From contig JBDKTL010000017.1 of assembly GCA_039698055.1 (NCBI GenBank), positions 1 to 64,000 on the forward strand: a stretch of DNA of 64,000 bases. The letters run 5' to 3'. Shown here in pieces: positions 31,168 through 40,247 of this stretch (position 1 is its first letter; each line of letters begins with the position of its first letter). The notes beneath the pieces were generated by a model, which did not search any database, was not told the DNA's origin, and saw nothing but the letters and a program-made list of their open reading frames with translations. This DNA comes from Methanoregula sp. (GTDB taxonomy: Archaea; Halobacteriota; Methanomicrobia; Methanomicrobiales; Methanospirillaceae). The translations under genes and the position numbers were made by a program.

Positions 31168-32412
31168 ATGCACACGGATTTCGCCGGTGCAATGAGAAAA
31201 GGGATTGATCCTGCACCGACCAGCCGAGACCGGGCTTTCCACTGTCAGAAAGCGGAGTATGCAGATCATTCTATCGACAATGCCATAGCGACAGATCGCC
31301 TCACACCGGAAGATGCCCAATTGATCAGGGCATTCATCTCGGAACTGAAAGCTACCAAGGGGATCAGCACCGGAAGGGCGAACAAAATCATTTTCACGCT
31401 CATTACGTGGAGACGATTTCTTCCGCCCTACACGACAAACAGCATTACCGACATCTACCAGGGCATCAACAACATGAAAGATACGAGAGTTCAGGGCCGG
31501 CCCTACAAGCAGAACACCCAGAGGGATTTCCTGAACTTCATCAAACGCTTTTACCTCTGGATGATCAAGCACCGGTATTCCCCGCTTATGAAGGACGATA
31601 TACGGGAGATCAAAGTGCCCCGTACAGACACAATGACTAAAACCGCTGAGATGATGCTGAGCGAAGATGAAGTCCATAAAATGATCGATGCGTGTATGAA
31701 CTCACGTGACCGGGCACTTATCGCAATGCTGTATGAGGGCGGCTTTCGTATCGAAGAGATTGGGACATTGACATGGGGCCAGATCAAAATCGATGATTAT
31801 GGCATGATCATCAATACCAACAAGAAAACCGAAAAGCCCCGGTACGTCCGGCTCGTAGCTGCTACACCCTATTTCGCAACGTGGCGGAACGATTACCCAT
31901 ATGCCATCGCTGCCGAGGGGTTGGTCTTCACGTCCCATAAACGCCTGCCGTTGCGTTACGAGGGGATCGCACTTCAGTTGAAAAAGATTGGAGCGCGCGC
32001 CGGTGTTAAGAAGCGGATCACGCCGCATTTATTCCGGCATTCAAAAATCACGTCGATGGTTCAGCAGGGATATAACGAGACGATTATCAAAAAAATGATG
32101 TGGGGAAACATCCGGACGGGGATGTTCGAGACGTACTGCCATCTGACAGATACTGATGTTGACGATGAAGTCCTTTCCAAGCAGGGCATCAGGAGAAAGA
32201 ACGAGAAGAAGCAGCGGGCTATGGAGGCTCGCCAGTGTCCTCACTGTTCGACCGTGAATGCCCCAACCGATGAATACTGCCGCACCTGTGCCAAACCCCT
32301 TACTGCGGAAATTGACCTGTCAATGGAAGAGATCAAACGAGAGATTGAGAAGACCCCGGAATTCGCAAAAATTATGGAAATAATCCGGCACAATATTTCA
32401 GTTGCCGGATGA
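31168..32412 (+). CDS. tyrosine recombinase/integrase with C-terminal Zn ribbon
   Basis: GGFR..E, HLFRH, WG, TY.H catalytic set; CPHC..CRTC; frame stays open upstream into attL. Confidence 0.95.
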   Translation: MHTDFAGAMRKGIDPAPTSRDRAFHCQKAEYADHSIDNAIATDRLTPEDAQLIRAFISELKATKGISTGRANKIIFTLITWRRFLPPYTTNSITDIYQGINNMKDTRVQGRPYKQNTQRDFLNFIKRFYLWMIKHRYSPLMKDDIREIKVPRTDTMTKTAEMMLSEDEVHKMIDACMNSRDRALIAMLYEGGFRIEEIGTLTWGQIKIDDYGMIINTNKKTEKPRYVRLVAATPYFATWRNDYPYAIAAEGLVFTSHKRLPLRYEGIALQLKKIGARAGVKKRITPHLFRHSKITSMVQQGYNETIIKKMMWGNIRTGMFETYCHLTDTDVDDEVLSKQGIRRKNEKKQRAMEARQCPHCSTVNAPTDEYCRTCAKPLTAEIDLSMEEIKREIEKTPEFAKIMEIIRHNISVAG

Positions 32413-33222
32413 ATTTTCTTTTTTTATATAGCGTTTTAATAGGGCATGGAGTTTATCCGGTTGAGTCCGGGTTGTTGTACCCATCCCCATAATAGAATCC
32501 AGAATCCGGTTGTTTTCAGTCGTCTCGTTTCCCATCATCATAAAGAGAAACATCCGAAGATCCCTTGATACAACTCCGTTCGGTTTGGTTTCCATCCAAT
32601 CCTGAAATAAACAAAATCTGAACACTTCTAAAAGACGGTTATACGTACTTACTGCCTTGTCGGAATCGGGAGTAAGAGATAATCTTCGACACACCCATTG
32701 GATATTACTTGATGGAGTATCCCACGAATAGAGCGTATCTTGGGTAACAGGGTTCAGGATGCAGAATTTGAAGAACGTGGGGGAGGCTTGTAACAGAAGG
32801 TGCAGGAGTTCCTTATTCTTCTCCTCACCTGCGAGAATCCGCTCATCAATAATCAGTTCACGGAGCCATGCACTTTCCCGGAATTTTGGGCGGAGTTCCT
32901 TGTAATAATCCATACCATAGCATACCGTTCCAAGGTGATCAAAATCCCGGAATAATCGATAGCCGGTTCCTTTTCGCCACCGTGATCCTTCCGGACGATA
33001 ATCCTCAATCGCCTCGATAACTCCCTCTTCCACGAGCGTATCCAGCTGCCTGCTGACATACCGGTACTTGTTATCGGTTGTCCCGCTAAAACCGCAATAG
33101 TCGGCAATCCCGCCGGTGTTTGCCACATCATTATCAAGCAAACACGCGACAATCAACTTCTTGATATCTCTTCTTGGTTCCTTGCCCTTTGTATTTTCAC
33201 TCATATGCTCACGTCTCTCCAT
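32398..33222 (-). CDS. putative winged-helix regulator
   Basis: N-terminal IADYCG..VSRQLDTLVEEGVIE...GYRL pattern; converges on the integrase. Confidence 0.65.
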   Translation of the reverse strand: MERREHMSENTKGKEPRRDIKKLIVACLLDNDVANTGGIADYCGFSGTTDNKYRYVSRQLDTLVEEGVIEAIEDYRPEGSRWRKGTGYRLFRDFDHLGTVCYGMDYYKELRPKFRESAWLRELIIDERILAGEEKNKELLHLLLQASPTFFKFCILNPVTQDTLYSWDTPSSNIQWVCRRLSLTPDSDKAVSTYNRLLEVFRFCLFQDWMETKPNGVVSRDLRMFLFMMMGNETTENNRILDSIMGMGTTTRTQPDKLHALLKRYIKKENSSGN

Positions 33223-33456
33223 TACTCCACAATATGGATAAACCTTGTGTAGTAATAGAAAAATTAACTTACGCCGGAGATCTTCGAAAGGATCGCCCTA
33301 AAATTATTGCAAATTGTGATCCAATGAAGGGTCGATACAGCCATTTCTCAGAAAAAATTGCGATCTAAATAATCCGCATATCAGACTCAAAATGGGAAAA
33401 TATGCCCTAAATGAGCCTTATTTGGGATAAGGGTTAATGGGTAATTGTTGAGTCAC

Positions 33457-33609
33457 ATGCCAAAAATTACTCTGAAACAATTACAGCATCTGCCTGAACT
33501 CCATCGGCTCGTCTGCGAACAGTTGATCTGGAAGGGATCATGGCAACTGGTCTTGGACGCCGATGAAAAAGCATCCGATCTTGATGCAATCCCCATCTCA
33601 ACGAGGTGA
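33457..33609 (+). CDS. small hypothetical protein (50 aa, not in ORF track)
   Basis: MPKITLKQLQHLPELHRLVCEQLIWKGSWQLVLDADEK...; its stop overlaps the GAGGTGA RBS of the next gene. Confidence 0.5.
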   Translation: MPKITLKQLQHLPELHRLVCEQLIWKGSWQLVLDADEKASDLDAIPISTR

Positions 33610-33613
33610 ACCG

Positions 33614-33991
33614 ATGGGAACAGGATTGCGCGGGTACGGATGGTACAAGTGGGACTTGCTGAAGGAGGTCTACTATGCGTTTGAAACTGCGGAATTTACC
33701 TACGCAGCAGCGGCCAAGCTTCCCGGGTTCGACAGAAAGACGTACATGTCTCTGTATTACGACGGGTTGATCACCAAAAAAGTCCAGGGGCGGCCGTCCA
33801 AATGGAAACTGAGCGAGGCTGCCATCAGATCAATTATCGGGTACAACCTGCCCGAGGACGTGGAGTGCGAACCGGAGATCAAACTCTCCGTCCCTCGCCG
33901 CTCCAAACGCGCTATACTACATGCCGAAGCATTTGTCGAACAGATCCTCGAAGCCGTTGAGTTTTTTTCAAAGCCGGAGGTGATATCATGA
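33614..33991 (+). CDS. hypothetical protein, wHTH-like
   Basis: RBS GAGGTGA before ATG 33614; LYYDGLITKK..GRPSKWKLS wing-like motif. Confidence 0.65.
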   Translation: MGTGLRGYGWYKWDLLKEVYYAFETAEFTYAAAAKLPGFDRKTYMSLYYDGLITKKVQGRPSKWKLSEAAIRSIIGYNLPEDVECEPEIKLSVPRRSKRAILHAEAFVEQILEAVEFFSKPEVIS

Positions 33992-34053
33992 AATGAGTGG
34001 CCAATTGACGATACGTTGGATCGACATATGACAAGCGCGTAAAGGTGGTAATT

Positions 34054-34476
34054 ATGGAAGACAGCAAAAACAAACTAAAACTACAAGTCAACGATCTCGT
34101 TCTAATGAACGTCGTTGGCGTGGGAGAGGACGGGCCAATCTTTGGAGTCGTTGACCGGGTAGGTACAATGGAACTCCTTGATGAGGAGGCCGTTAAGTCT
34201 CCGATACTGGAGAATCCAAGCGAACAGGCAACGGAGAACATCCCGGAGGTTGAAATGCCGGGAAACGAGGGGATTTCTGACGTGAATGCCTCGGTAATTG
34301 CAGAACTGGAAGCCCGGCGGGCTGCTCTGGATGCTGCGATTCAGGAGTTGAAGAAGGAGGGCGTTGCATATCTTGATCCCACCCCAATTCAAGCCGAAGC
34401 TACAACACCACAGTTAGCTACCGAGCGAGGGGATGATAATCCTAAAAATGCAATGGTTCGCAGGATACAAGGATAA
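34054..34476 (+). CDS. acidic hypothetical protein
   Basis: AGGTGG RBS; short coiled coil IAELEARRAALDAAIQELK. Confidence 0.6.
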   Translation: MEDSKNKLKLQVNDLVLMNVVGVGEDGPIFGVVDRVGTMELLDEEAVKSPILENPSEQATENIPEVEMPGNEGISDVNASVIAELEARRAALDAAIQELKKEGVAYLDPTPIQAEATTPQLATERGDDNPKNAMVRRIQG

Positions 34477-34628
34477 TGGGAATGGGCAACAATCAAAACA
34501 TATTTTTGGATTATATGATAATAGAGAGAGTTTCTTAATCTCTCGCTGTATGTTTATTGCTTATAGTCTTTATATATTTGTCCAATTTAATTCATAACAA
34601 TTATCATTCGCTGGCCCAATTCAGGATT

Positions 34629-35222
34629 ATGTTCTGCTACAAATGCGGGGCCGAAAATAAAAACGATGCGACTTTTTGCAGTAAGTGTGGCACGGCCATA
34701 GGTACATCAGGTTCTTTGCCATCACCGCAGACAAACCACGAACCACTTGAAAAATACAGATTACCTGAGATATCTGACGCGATTTTTGACTCCCTCACCC
34801 AGGAACAACAGAGATCATATAACCGTAAAGTTCTGGCAAAGAGCGAATACAACCTAGCGAAGGAGAATTATGATACATCAATGAGTCTGGTTGGACCACT
34901 CATTTGTATTATCTGTGGTTTGCTCCTTGCCATTCTCGAAATATACTTAAGTATACTCGTTATAATTGGAATCATCTGGGCGTTCTACCGTGTTGCATCG
35001 CGATCTCAGGCATACCAACGGTTGAAGGACACTGAAGCAGAACTCAAGGCCGCGATTGATGCCGATGCTTCTCAAGCAAGGATGATTTCGCAGACTCCAA
35101 GTGTACCCTGTACATTCGATAAGGATTTCTGGAAGAACATTACAGTCATCATTATTGTACTAGCTGCGCTCTTCACCATTGTATTTCTAATGATGCTCTA
35201 CGCACAGGGAAAATTATCCTGA
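34629..35222 (+). CDS. zinc-ribbon membrane protein
   Basis: MFCYKCG..FCSKCG; three hydrophobic segments. Confidence 0.8.
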   Translation: MFCYKCGAENKNDATFCSKCGTAIGTSGSLPSPQTNHEPLEKYRLPEISDAIFDSLTQEQQRSYNRKVLAKSEYNLAKENYDTSMSLVGPLICIICGLLLAILEIYLSILVIIGIIWAFYRVASRSQAYQRLKDTEAELKAAIDADASQARMISQTPSVPCTFDKDFWKNITVIIIVLAALFTIVFLMMLYAQGKLS

Positions 35223-35437
35223 TGGTTGAGGTTCACGCGTCCCGATTCATCAGTCCCCTTGGCTATACCAAAGAGACTGAGATCATTAGAATAACCACAG
35301 TAATGTTTGTAGGACAAAAACTACATATTTCCACTAATGATCAATATTCTTTCATTAGACAATAGTTTGCAATGACACGAGACATTTTTTTATATTTATG
35401 AAGAGAATAGAGAAACAATTGATTCCCGAGGGATTTT

Positions 35438-35968
35438 TTGTCTTACGATACCTTGTCATTTTTTTCTGCATCGTTGTCTTGCGGCGACTCAACATTTTCA
35501 ATTATACTCAACGCTCTTGTTACCTTATTGGGTGCTGCTATTGGCGCGATAATCACGGTATATTTAACAGACCATATCACAAAAAGATCTGAAACGAAAA
35601 CCAGAAATCAAGTTGCTCATAGTCTGCTATTGAAGGTCAAGTCAATAGATGAGAGGTTAAGACATATCCCAACGATTATATCGCTGAATAATTTTAATAC
35701 AGAAAATCCATTTTTTACACGTGTCGAAACAGTTCTTCCAAATATGTCTCTACTAGATTTAGAGACAATATCTCTTTTGAATCGTCTTGAACGCGAGCTT
35801 TTCGTTTTAGAAGAGTTCCGTCAAAAAGTTGTTAATAAAGAATATTATAATAACCATCTCAACGATTTAAATCACGATCTTACTTTTTCTATGATCAATC
35901 ATGTTACGAAAGCAAAACAGTATGTGATTGAACTTATTTCTAAATTGATGGAAATTACAATGAACTGA
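35438..35968 (+). CDS. hypothetical protein with N-terminal TM helix
   Basis: AT-rich ORF, TM LVTLLGAAIGAIITVYL; start uncertain. Confidence 0.6.
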   Translation: MSYDTLSFFSASLSCGDSTFSIILNALVTLLGAAIGAIITVYLTDHITKRSETKTRNQVAHSLLLKVKSIDERLRHIPTIISLNNFNTENPFFTRVETVLPNMSLLDLETISLLNRLERELFVLEEFRQKVVNKEYYNNHLNDLNHDLTFSMINHVTKAKQYVIELISKLMEITMN

Positions 35969-35977
35969 AATTATTAC

Positions 35978-36300
35978 GGCTATGTAGAAATGCTAAGTTT
36001 ACTGACGTAAACCAGTGACCATAAGTTCTAAGGTACAGTGCCTCCTTCCATTGTTATGCAACACGACATAAGGAGACAAAATAATGTCAGCAAACTGGTA
36101 TATGAGGTTTGTTGAATTATCCTCTTGACTGATCCTTGATTCACGGATTCCCCTGTTCTCGTCGAAGTTTTCGAGAAAAACATATACCCATCACAAGTTA
36201 CTCATTCTTCTTCTTTTGAAAGAGTACTTGTCAGAGGATTACCGTGACGCTGCAGAACTCACAGAGATCATGGACTCACTCCGGGAGAAGATCCATTCTT
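35978..36300 (+). pseudogene. IS5-family left end with truncated transposase pseudogene
   Basis: TIR-like GGCTATGTAGAAAT at 35978; ATG 36084 reads MSANWYMRFVELSS*LILDSRIPLFSSKFSRKTYTHHKLLILLLLKEYLSEDYRD; internal TGA at 36126; breaks at a poly-T near 36300. Confidence 0.8.
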
Positions 36301-36435
36301 TTTTTTTTAAAGAAATTCAAATTAAAAGTTGGCAAACTATGTCTTTTTACACTCTTGTTAGTGGGAGCGCATTAATTGATTTTTTATATAACACACTGTT
36401 GACTGTGAAAAATATTAAAATATAGAATAGACTTA

Positions 36436-37581
36436 TTACAAAAGTGCCGTTGACCTGCTTAAGTGAACCTGAGCATTATTCAGGTCCGTTATTCCAGAAT
36501 AACTGAGGCTTGTACTACCGTCATGATCTCCAGCATTGTATTTGTCCACAGATAGGACGACTTTATCTGCCGCACTTCGCACGTCATTGAGATATAATAT
36601 GTATTCTTGTGCGGCTGCTTTTTTTGTTCCTGCTCCATTGGTCAATTGCTTCATTTCTGGGAGGTTTTGGTCAATATAATTCCGCAATAATACTGCATTA
36701 AGACCTGCTTTTAGGTAATCTCCATTCGTTAAAGAATCTCCAATAATTCTCACAGTTGGGGACATCCAAGTATTCATCTCAGACATTTTATCAAGTGCGG
36801 CCTTCTCCCCACTAATGGTGGTTATCGTAGTTGGCTTTGGATTGGACTCTATCACCGTTGAAGCTGCCGCCATATCATCCTGATATGGATAGTATAGGAA
36901 TGTTGGGAAATCATCAGTAAAAATCGTATTTTTCTCCGGTATGTATGTGTAATTATAATGCCCCCCGTTAAGTTCAGTGGTTATATACGAATTACCTCCT
37001 TGTGCATGCCAAGTCCCATAACCTTCCCATGTCCCTTTATCAGGAGTGTGCATAATCCAAGATTGTGTCCCATTCGCATCAAACCGAACCTTCACATCAG
37101 TACCTGAGGCAGAAGCCAACCATGTACCAATTATCGGGTCAGTTTTTACTGGGATATATGTCGGTTCTGGCGTGGGTGTGGGAATAACACGTTCATCTAT
37201 GAAATGTACTTTATAAGAAGTATCATCAATAATTGTTGCCATTGCGACAACATCGAATGTTTTGGCGTCATTAGGTATGAAAAATTTTACCGCACCACTC
37301 TGTCCTTTTGTTATATAGGGTGTCCTTAACGTTTGTGTAGAGACTTTGACATTATTTTTATCATAGAAATCAACCATAACCGCAAACTGACCCTCTACAG
37401 ACGAAAGATCCTTAACCGTAACTTTAAGGATTGATCCTGAAATCTCCGTGTCTGTTAAAGCCAGTGATGGTGTTGTATCTTCAGTCGATAGACTAGTAGA
37501 TGATGAATTATCGCTGCAACCAGCTACGAAGACAATTAATATTAAAGAAATGCTTAAAACTGCGATATTTTGGATTTTCAT
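36436..37581 (-). CDS. predicted lipoprotein, multi-domain
   Basis: Lipobox FVAGC, S/T linker, DPIIGTW lipocalin-like segment, helical C-terminus. Confidence 0.75.
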   Translation of the reverse strand: MKIQNIAVLSISLILIVFVAGCSDNSSSTSLSTEDTTPSLALTDTEISGSILKVTVKDLSSVEGQFAVMVDFYDKNNVKVSTQTLRTPYITKGQSGAVKFFIPNDAKTFDVVAMATIIDDTSYKVHFIDERVIPTPTPEPTYIPVKTDPIIGTWLASASGTDVKVRFDANGTQSWIMHTPDKGTWEGYGTWHAQGGNSYITTELNGGHYNYTYIPEKNTIFTDDFPTFLYYPYQDDMAAASTVIESNPKPTTITTISGEKAALDKMSEMNTWMSPTVRIIGDSLTNGDYLKAGLNAVLLRNYIDQNLPEMKQLTNGAGTKKAAAQEYILYLNDVRSAADKVVLSVDKYNAGDHDGSTSLSYSGITDLNNAQVHLSRSTALL

Positions 37582-37803
37582 TAACAGCCACCCCAATAGT
37601 TCTATTTGAGAAAAAGACTTATATTACGATTAATATTGTGTTTTTGTATGAGCAATATTTCTTGTAATTGGAAACGCTCTTGTTTTTGGCGTTTAACCGG
37701 AAATTAATGCCGCCGATAGGTACATTTCGGGTCGGGGGCAGTTCCCCGGGGGTGGTGAGGGCATTGATTCCACTACTAGTGAAATAACAATTTAAAAACT
37801 AAT

Positions 37804-38565
37804 TTAATCCAAATCAGTTACTGCAATCCAAGTACAGCGGCATCCTTCATGGGCTTCTGCATCTATTTTTGCAGCTTCCTCAAGAGTGAAAATTTTTCCG
37901 TCTAATGCTGCACACTTATCACAGGTCTTCTCATCACGAGCCACCAAACGTTCCAATTTTTTAATCCCAGTTTTTTTGTACCGATCTCTTGCCTCTGAAT
38001 TAATAGACTTCATCGTTATCGTGTTAATTAATGATCTCGCACGTTCGAGGTTCACACCATCGACTTGTTCGACAATCTCATGACTAATTTGGCCCAGATT
38101 TTTTTCGAACCGGATGCCATCGGCAACAATTTTTTTTACTTTTTTTTCGGATTCAATAGACAGTCCTTTTAGTTGGTTTGAATTGCCTTCAATTTGATTC
38201 GCAAGTTTCTCAGAGAGTTGTTGTTTTACTTCCGGAGTGGCCCCTAATCTGATACTGCCATGAGAATTTCCATTTTTTACAAACCATTGTCTCTCTAATT
38301 CGTCCATCTGGTCCTCTTTTATCAAAACTTTCCTATTATCAAGGGGCCGTGTTTTACTTCGGATAAAATTATGGCAGTTTGGACATTGTTTCTTTTTTAA
38401 GGGCATTTTATCAAATTTAAAATCACAATACGGGCATATTGGTTCAGTATTACCAATCGCGGTAAATTCAATGTCGGAGATCTTTTTTGGGTTATTCCGA
38501 GTATCTTGAGATCCATCAGTATTTTGTTCAGTTGTAATTCCCCGAAACCAATTTAAAATGCCCAT
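37804..38565 (-). CDS. Zn-finger protein with C-terminal MuF/SPP1 gp7-like domain
   Basis: CPYC..CPNC; ERARSL..T, DEKTCDKCAALDGKIF, HEGCRC. Confidence 0.7.
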   Translation of the reverse strand: MGILNWFRGITTEQNTDGSQDTRNNPKKISDIEFTAIGNTEPICPYCDFKFDKMPLKKKQCPNCHNFIRSKTRPLDNRKVLIKEDQMDELERQWFVKNGNSHGSIRLGATPEVKQQLSEKLANQIEGNSNQLKGLSIESEKKVKKIVADGIRFEKNLGQISHEIVEQVDGVNLERARSLINTITMKSINSEARDRYKKTGIKKLERLVARDEKTCDKCAALDGKIFTLEEAAKIDAEAHEGCRCTWIAVTDLD

Positions 38566-38685
38566 AACACACCATTCATTTTCATCTTAAGAACCGAAAT
38601 ATCTGGTTAATCTAACTGCCTTGCTCTTCGATCTTGGCATTCTGTTTATCAACCTGTTTCTGAAGTATAGTATTTTCAATGATAC

Positions 38686-38794
38686 GATAAAATTGGCGAT
38701 CAAGATATGAGAAATAGACCTGACCTAATGAACAGTTGAATACCTATACGATTTTGGTTTTTTATTGACCGTATCTCTCCGTATCTCTCACGTC
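38686..38794. repeat. 109-bp conserved block, copy 1
   Basis: Collinear with 39836-39944, sharing GATAAAATTGGCGAT, ACAGTTGAATA, GACCGTATCTCTCC and TCACGTC. Confidence 0.85.
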
Positions 38795-38926
38795 AGAGTG
38801 ATCACATAAAAATTTCATGCACTTTTACCTGCATTTACTATGGTTCTAAGGAAATCACAAAAAAAATATACGGAGCAATACGGTTTTCTCCATTCCGAGT
38901 ATAGGTTCAGAAAAAAAGCAGATGTC

Positions 38927-39050
38927 AAAAGAGTTAATATGATCGCAAGCTGATGGTAATCTGAGCCTAAGGAGGTTCACATTTATGAAAAATGACCAGA
39001 ATCAGAGGGATTCTGGTTCTGAAAAAAATCGCTCCATAGCAGCATTTTAA
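38927..39050 (+). other. promoter, RBS and N-terminal integrase fragment at attR
   Basis: AAAAGAGTTAATAT 38927-38940, GGAGGT 38971, ATG 38985, MKNDQNQRDSGSEKNRSIAA crossing att in the integrase phase. Confidence 0.65.
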
Positions 39051-39134
39051 CACTGATGGTTCAATGCTCTTTTGTGTGATTGCCTTATCACTTTCATAAG
39101 CAATTGTCTACAACTCACAATGAAACATACTCGC

Positions 39135-39722
39135 TTAACCTGATCTATTTTGTTGATAGCAGTCAACTCTGACAGGTTGTGGAACGGGTATGAATATGGG
39201 TATTGAAAGATCTGTTGAATAATCAAGCACTATTTTCTGGGAGTAGGAATTATTCTCAGCATCACAATATTGAATCTCTACTTCAAGTTTGCCTCTTCGT
39301 CTTTCTATTGAGGTCCATTCCCCACAGACAGAAATTCGTTCATTTGTGCCTAATGTGTATAAGTAAAACGATGATTCCGGAGATCCATCAGAACGAGTTT
39401 TGATAGTAACTCTTGTTGCAACTGGACCATAATTGGATAAATATAAAGTTTTACCTCCTGTACGAGGGTAATCATCACTTTGAACAGATAAAACCGGTTT
39501 AATCGCAGATTTTCTTGTTTCATTATATTGCTTCTCTAACATTTTTAGAGAGTCTTCATTTAGAAGTCTGATTTTTTTGGTTTCAATAAGGTAACCATAT
39601 GTAACTATTACCAACACTACAGTAATGAATACAGAACATCCACTTAATAGGATTTCTTCAATTGGCATACGAATTAAATAATTTTTTAGGGATATAATAT
39701 CTGGTATCATTAGATCTTTCAA
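39135..39722 (-). CDS. hypothetical single-TM protein
   Basis: TM ITVVLVIVTYGYL followed by a coiled segment and a beta-rich domain; start uncertain. Confidence 0.7.
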   Translation of the reverse strand: MKDLMIPDIISLKNYLIRMPIEEILLSGCSVFITVVLVIVTYGYLIETKKIRLLNEDSLKMLEKQYNETRKSAIKPVLSVQSDDYPRTGGKTLYLSNYGPVATRVTIKTRSDGSPESSFYLYTLGTNERISVCGEWTSIERRRGKLEVEIQYCDAENNSYSQKIVLDYSTDLSIPIFIPVPQPVRVDCYQQNRSG

Positions 39723-39835
39723 GAAAAATATGATAGTTCATCAACATATTTTGCTAAAAGATGACTTCTAATATTGCATTTTCCAAAACTCTTTTGTCAC
39801 ATTTCCTTCAAGTGTGAGATCATTGTCAATGGCGG

Positions 39836-39944
39836 GATAAAATTGGCGATTTGGACCTTATAAATAACCGTGATCTAATGGACAGTTGAATATGCGTAAG
39901 ATTTTGATCTGGTATCGACCGTATCTCTCCATATATTTCACGTC
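39836..39944. repeat. 109-bp conserved block, copy 2 (outside attR)
   Basis: Same blocks as 38686-38794, offset 1150 bp. Confidence 0.85.
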
Positions 39945-40247
39945 GTAATCCCGATAAGAAAAAACCATACAATTTTTGTTGACATTAGTCATACTGACAG
40001 TTTGTCCAAATCCACTGCAAAAGTCATCTCTTTTAAATGCATTCATCTTCCACATCCAGTTCATAATCGTGAAACCCCGATATCTGTCGTTAGTCATGGC
40101 CCGGGACAGCCCGGATTATCAGGAATTGCTGACGTGACTGCGAAAGGATTTGAATCTTAAGTTTTTTTTCATATGCGATTAACATTTTTTAATTGAACTA
40201 AAATGCATATATGCTGGAACGAGAGTACATATCTGTAGGGATTTTAT

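Larger units (their letters stand above)
31091..39045 (+). mobile_element. tRNA-Glu-integrated element (~8 kb) with tyrosine integrase
   Basis: Direct repeat CCATAGCAGCAT at 31091-31102 and 39034-39045, subterminal inverted repeats, integrase next to the tRNA, AT-rich cargo. Confidence 0.85.

Noticed and set aside
34476-38686. Integron-like attC cassette array in the cargo
   Set aside because: No shared repeat between these genes, and their orientations are mixed
39946-40247. Second degenerate attR for the older element
   Set aside because: No convincing copy of CCATAGCAGCA found
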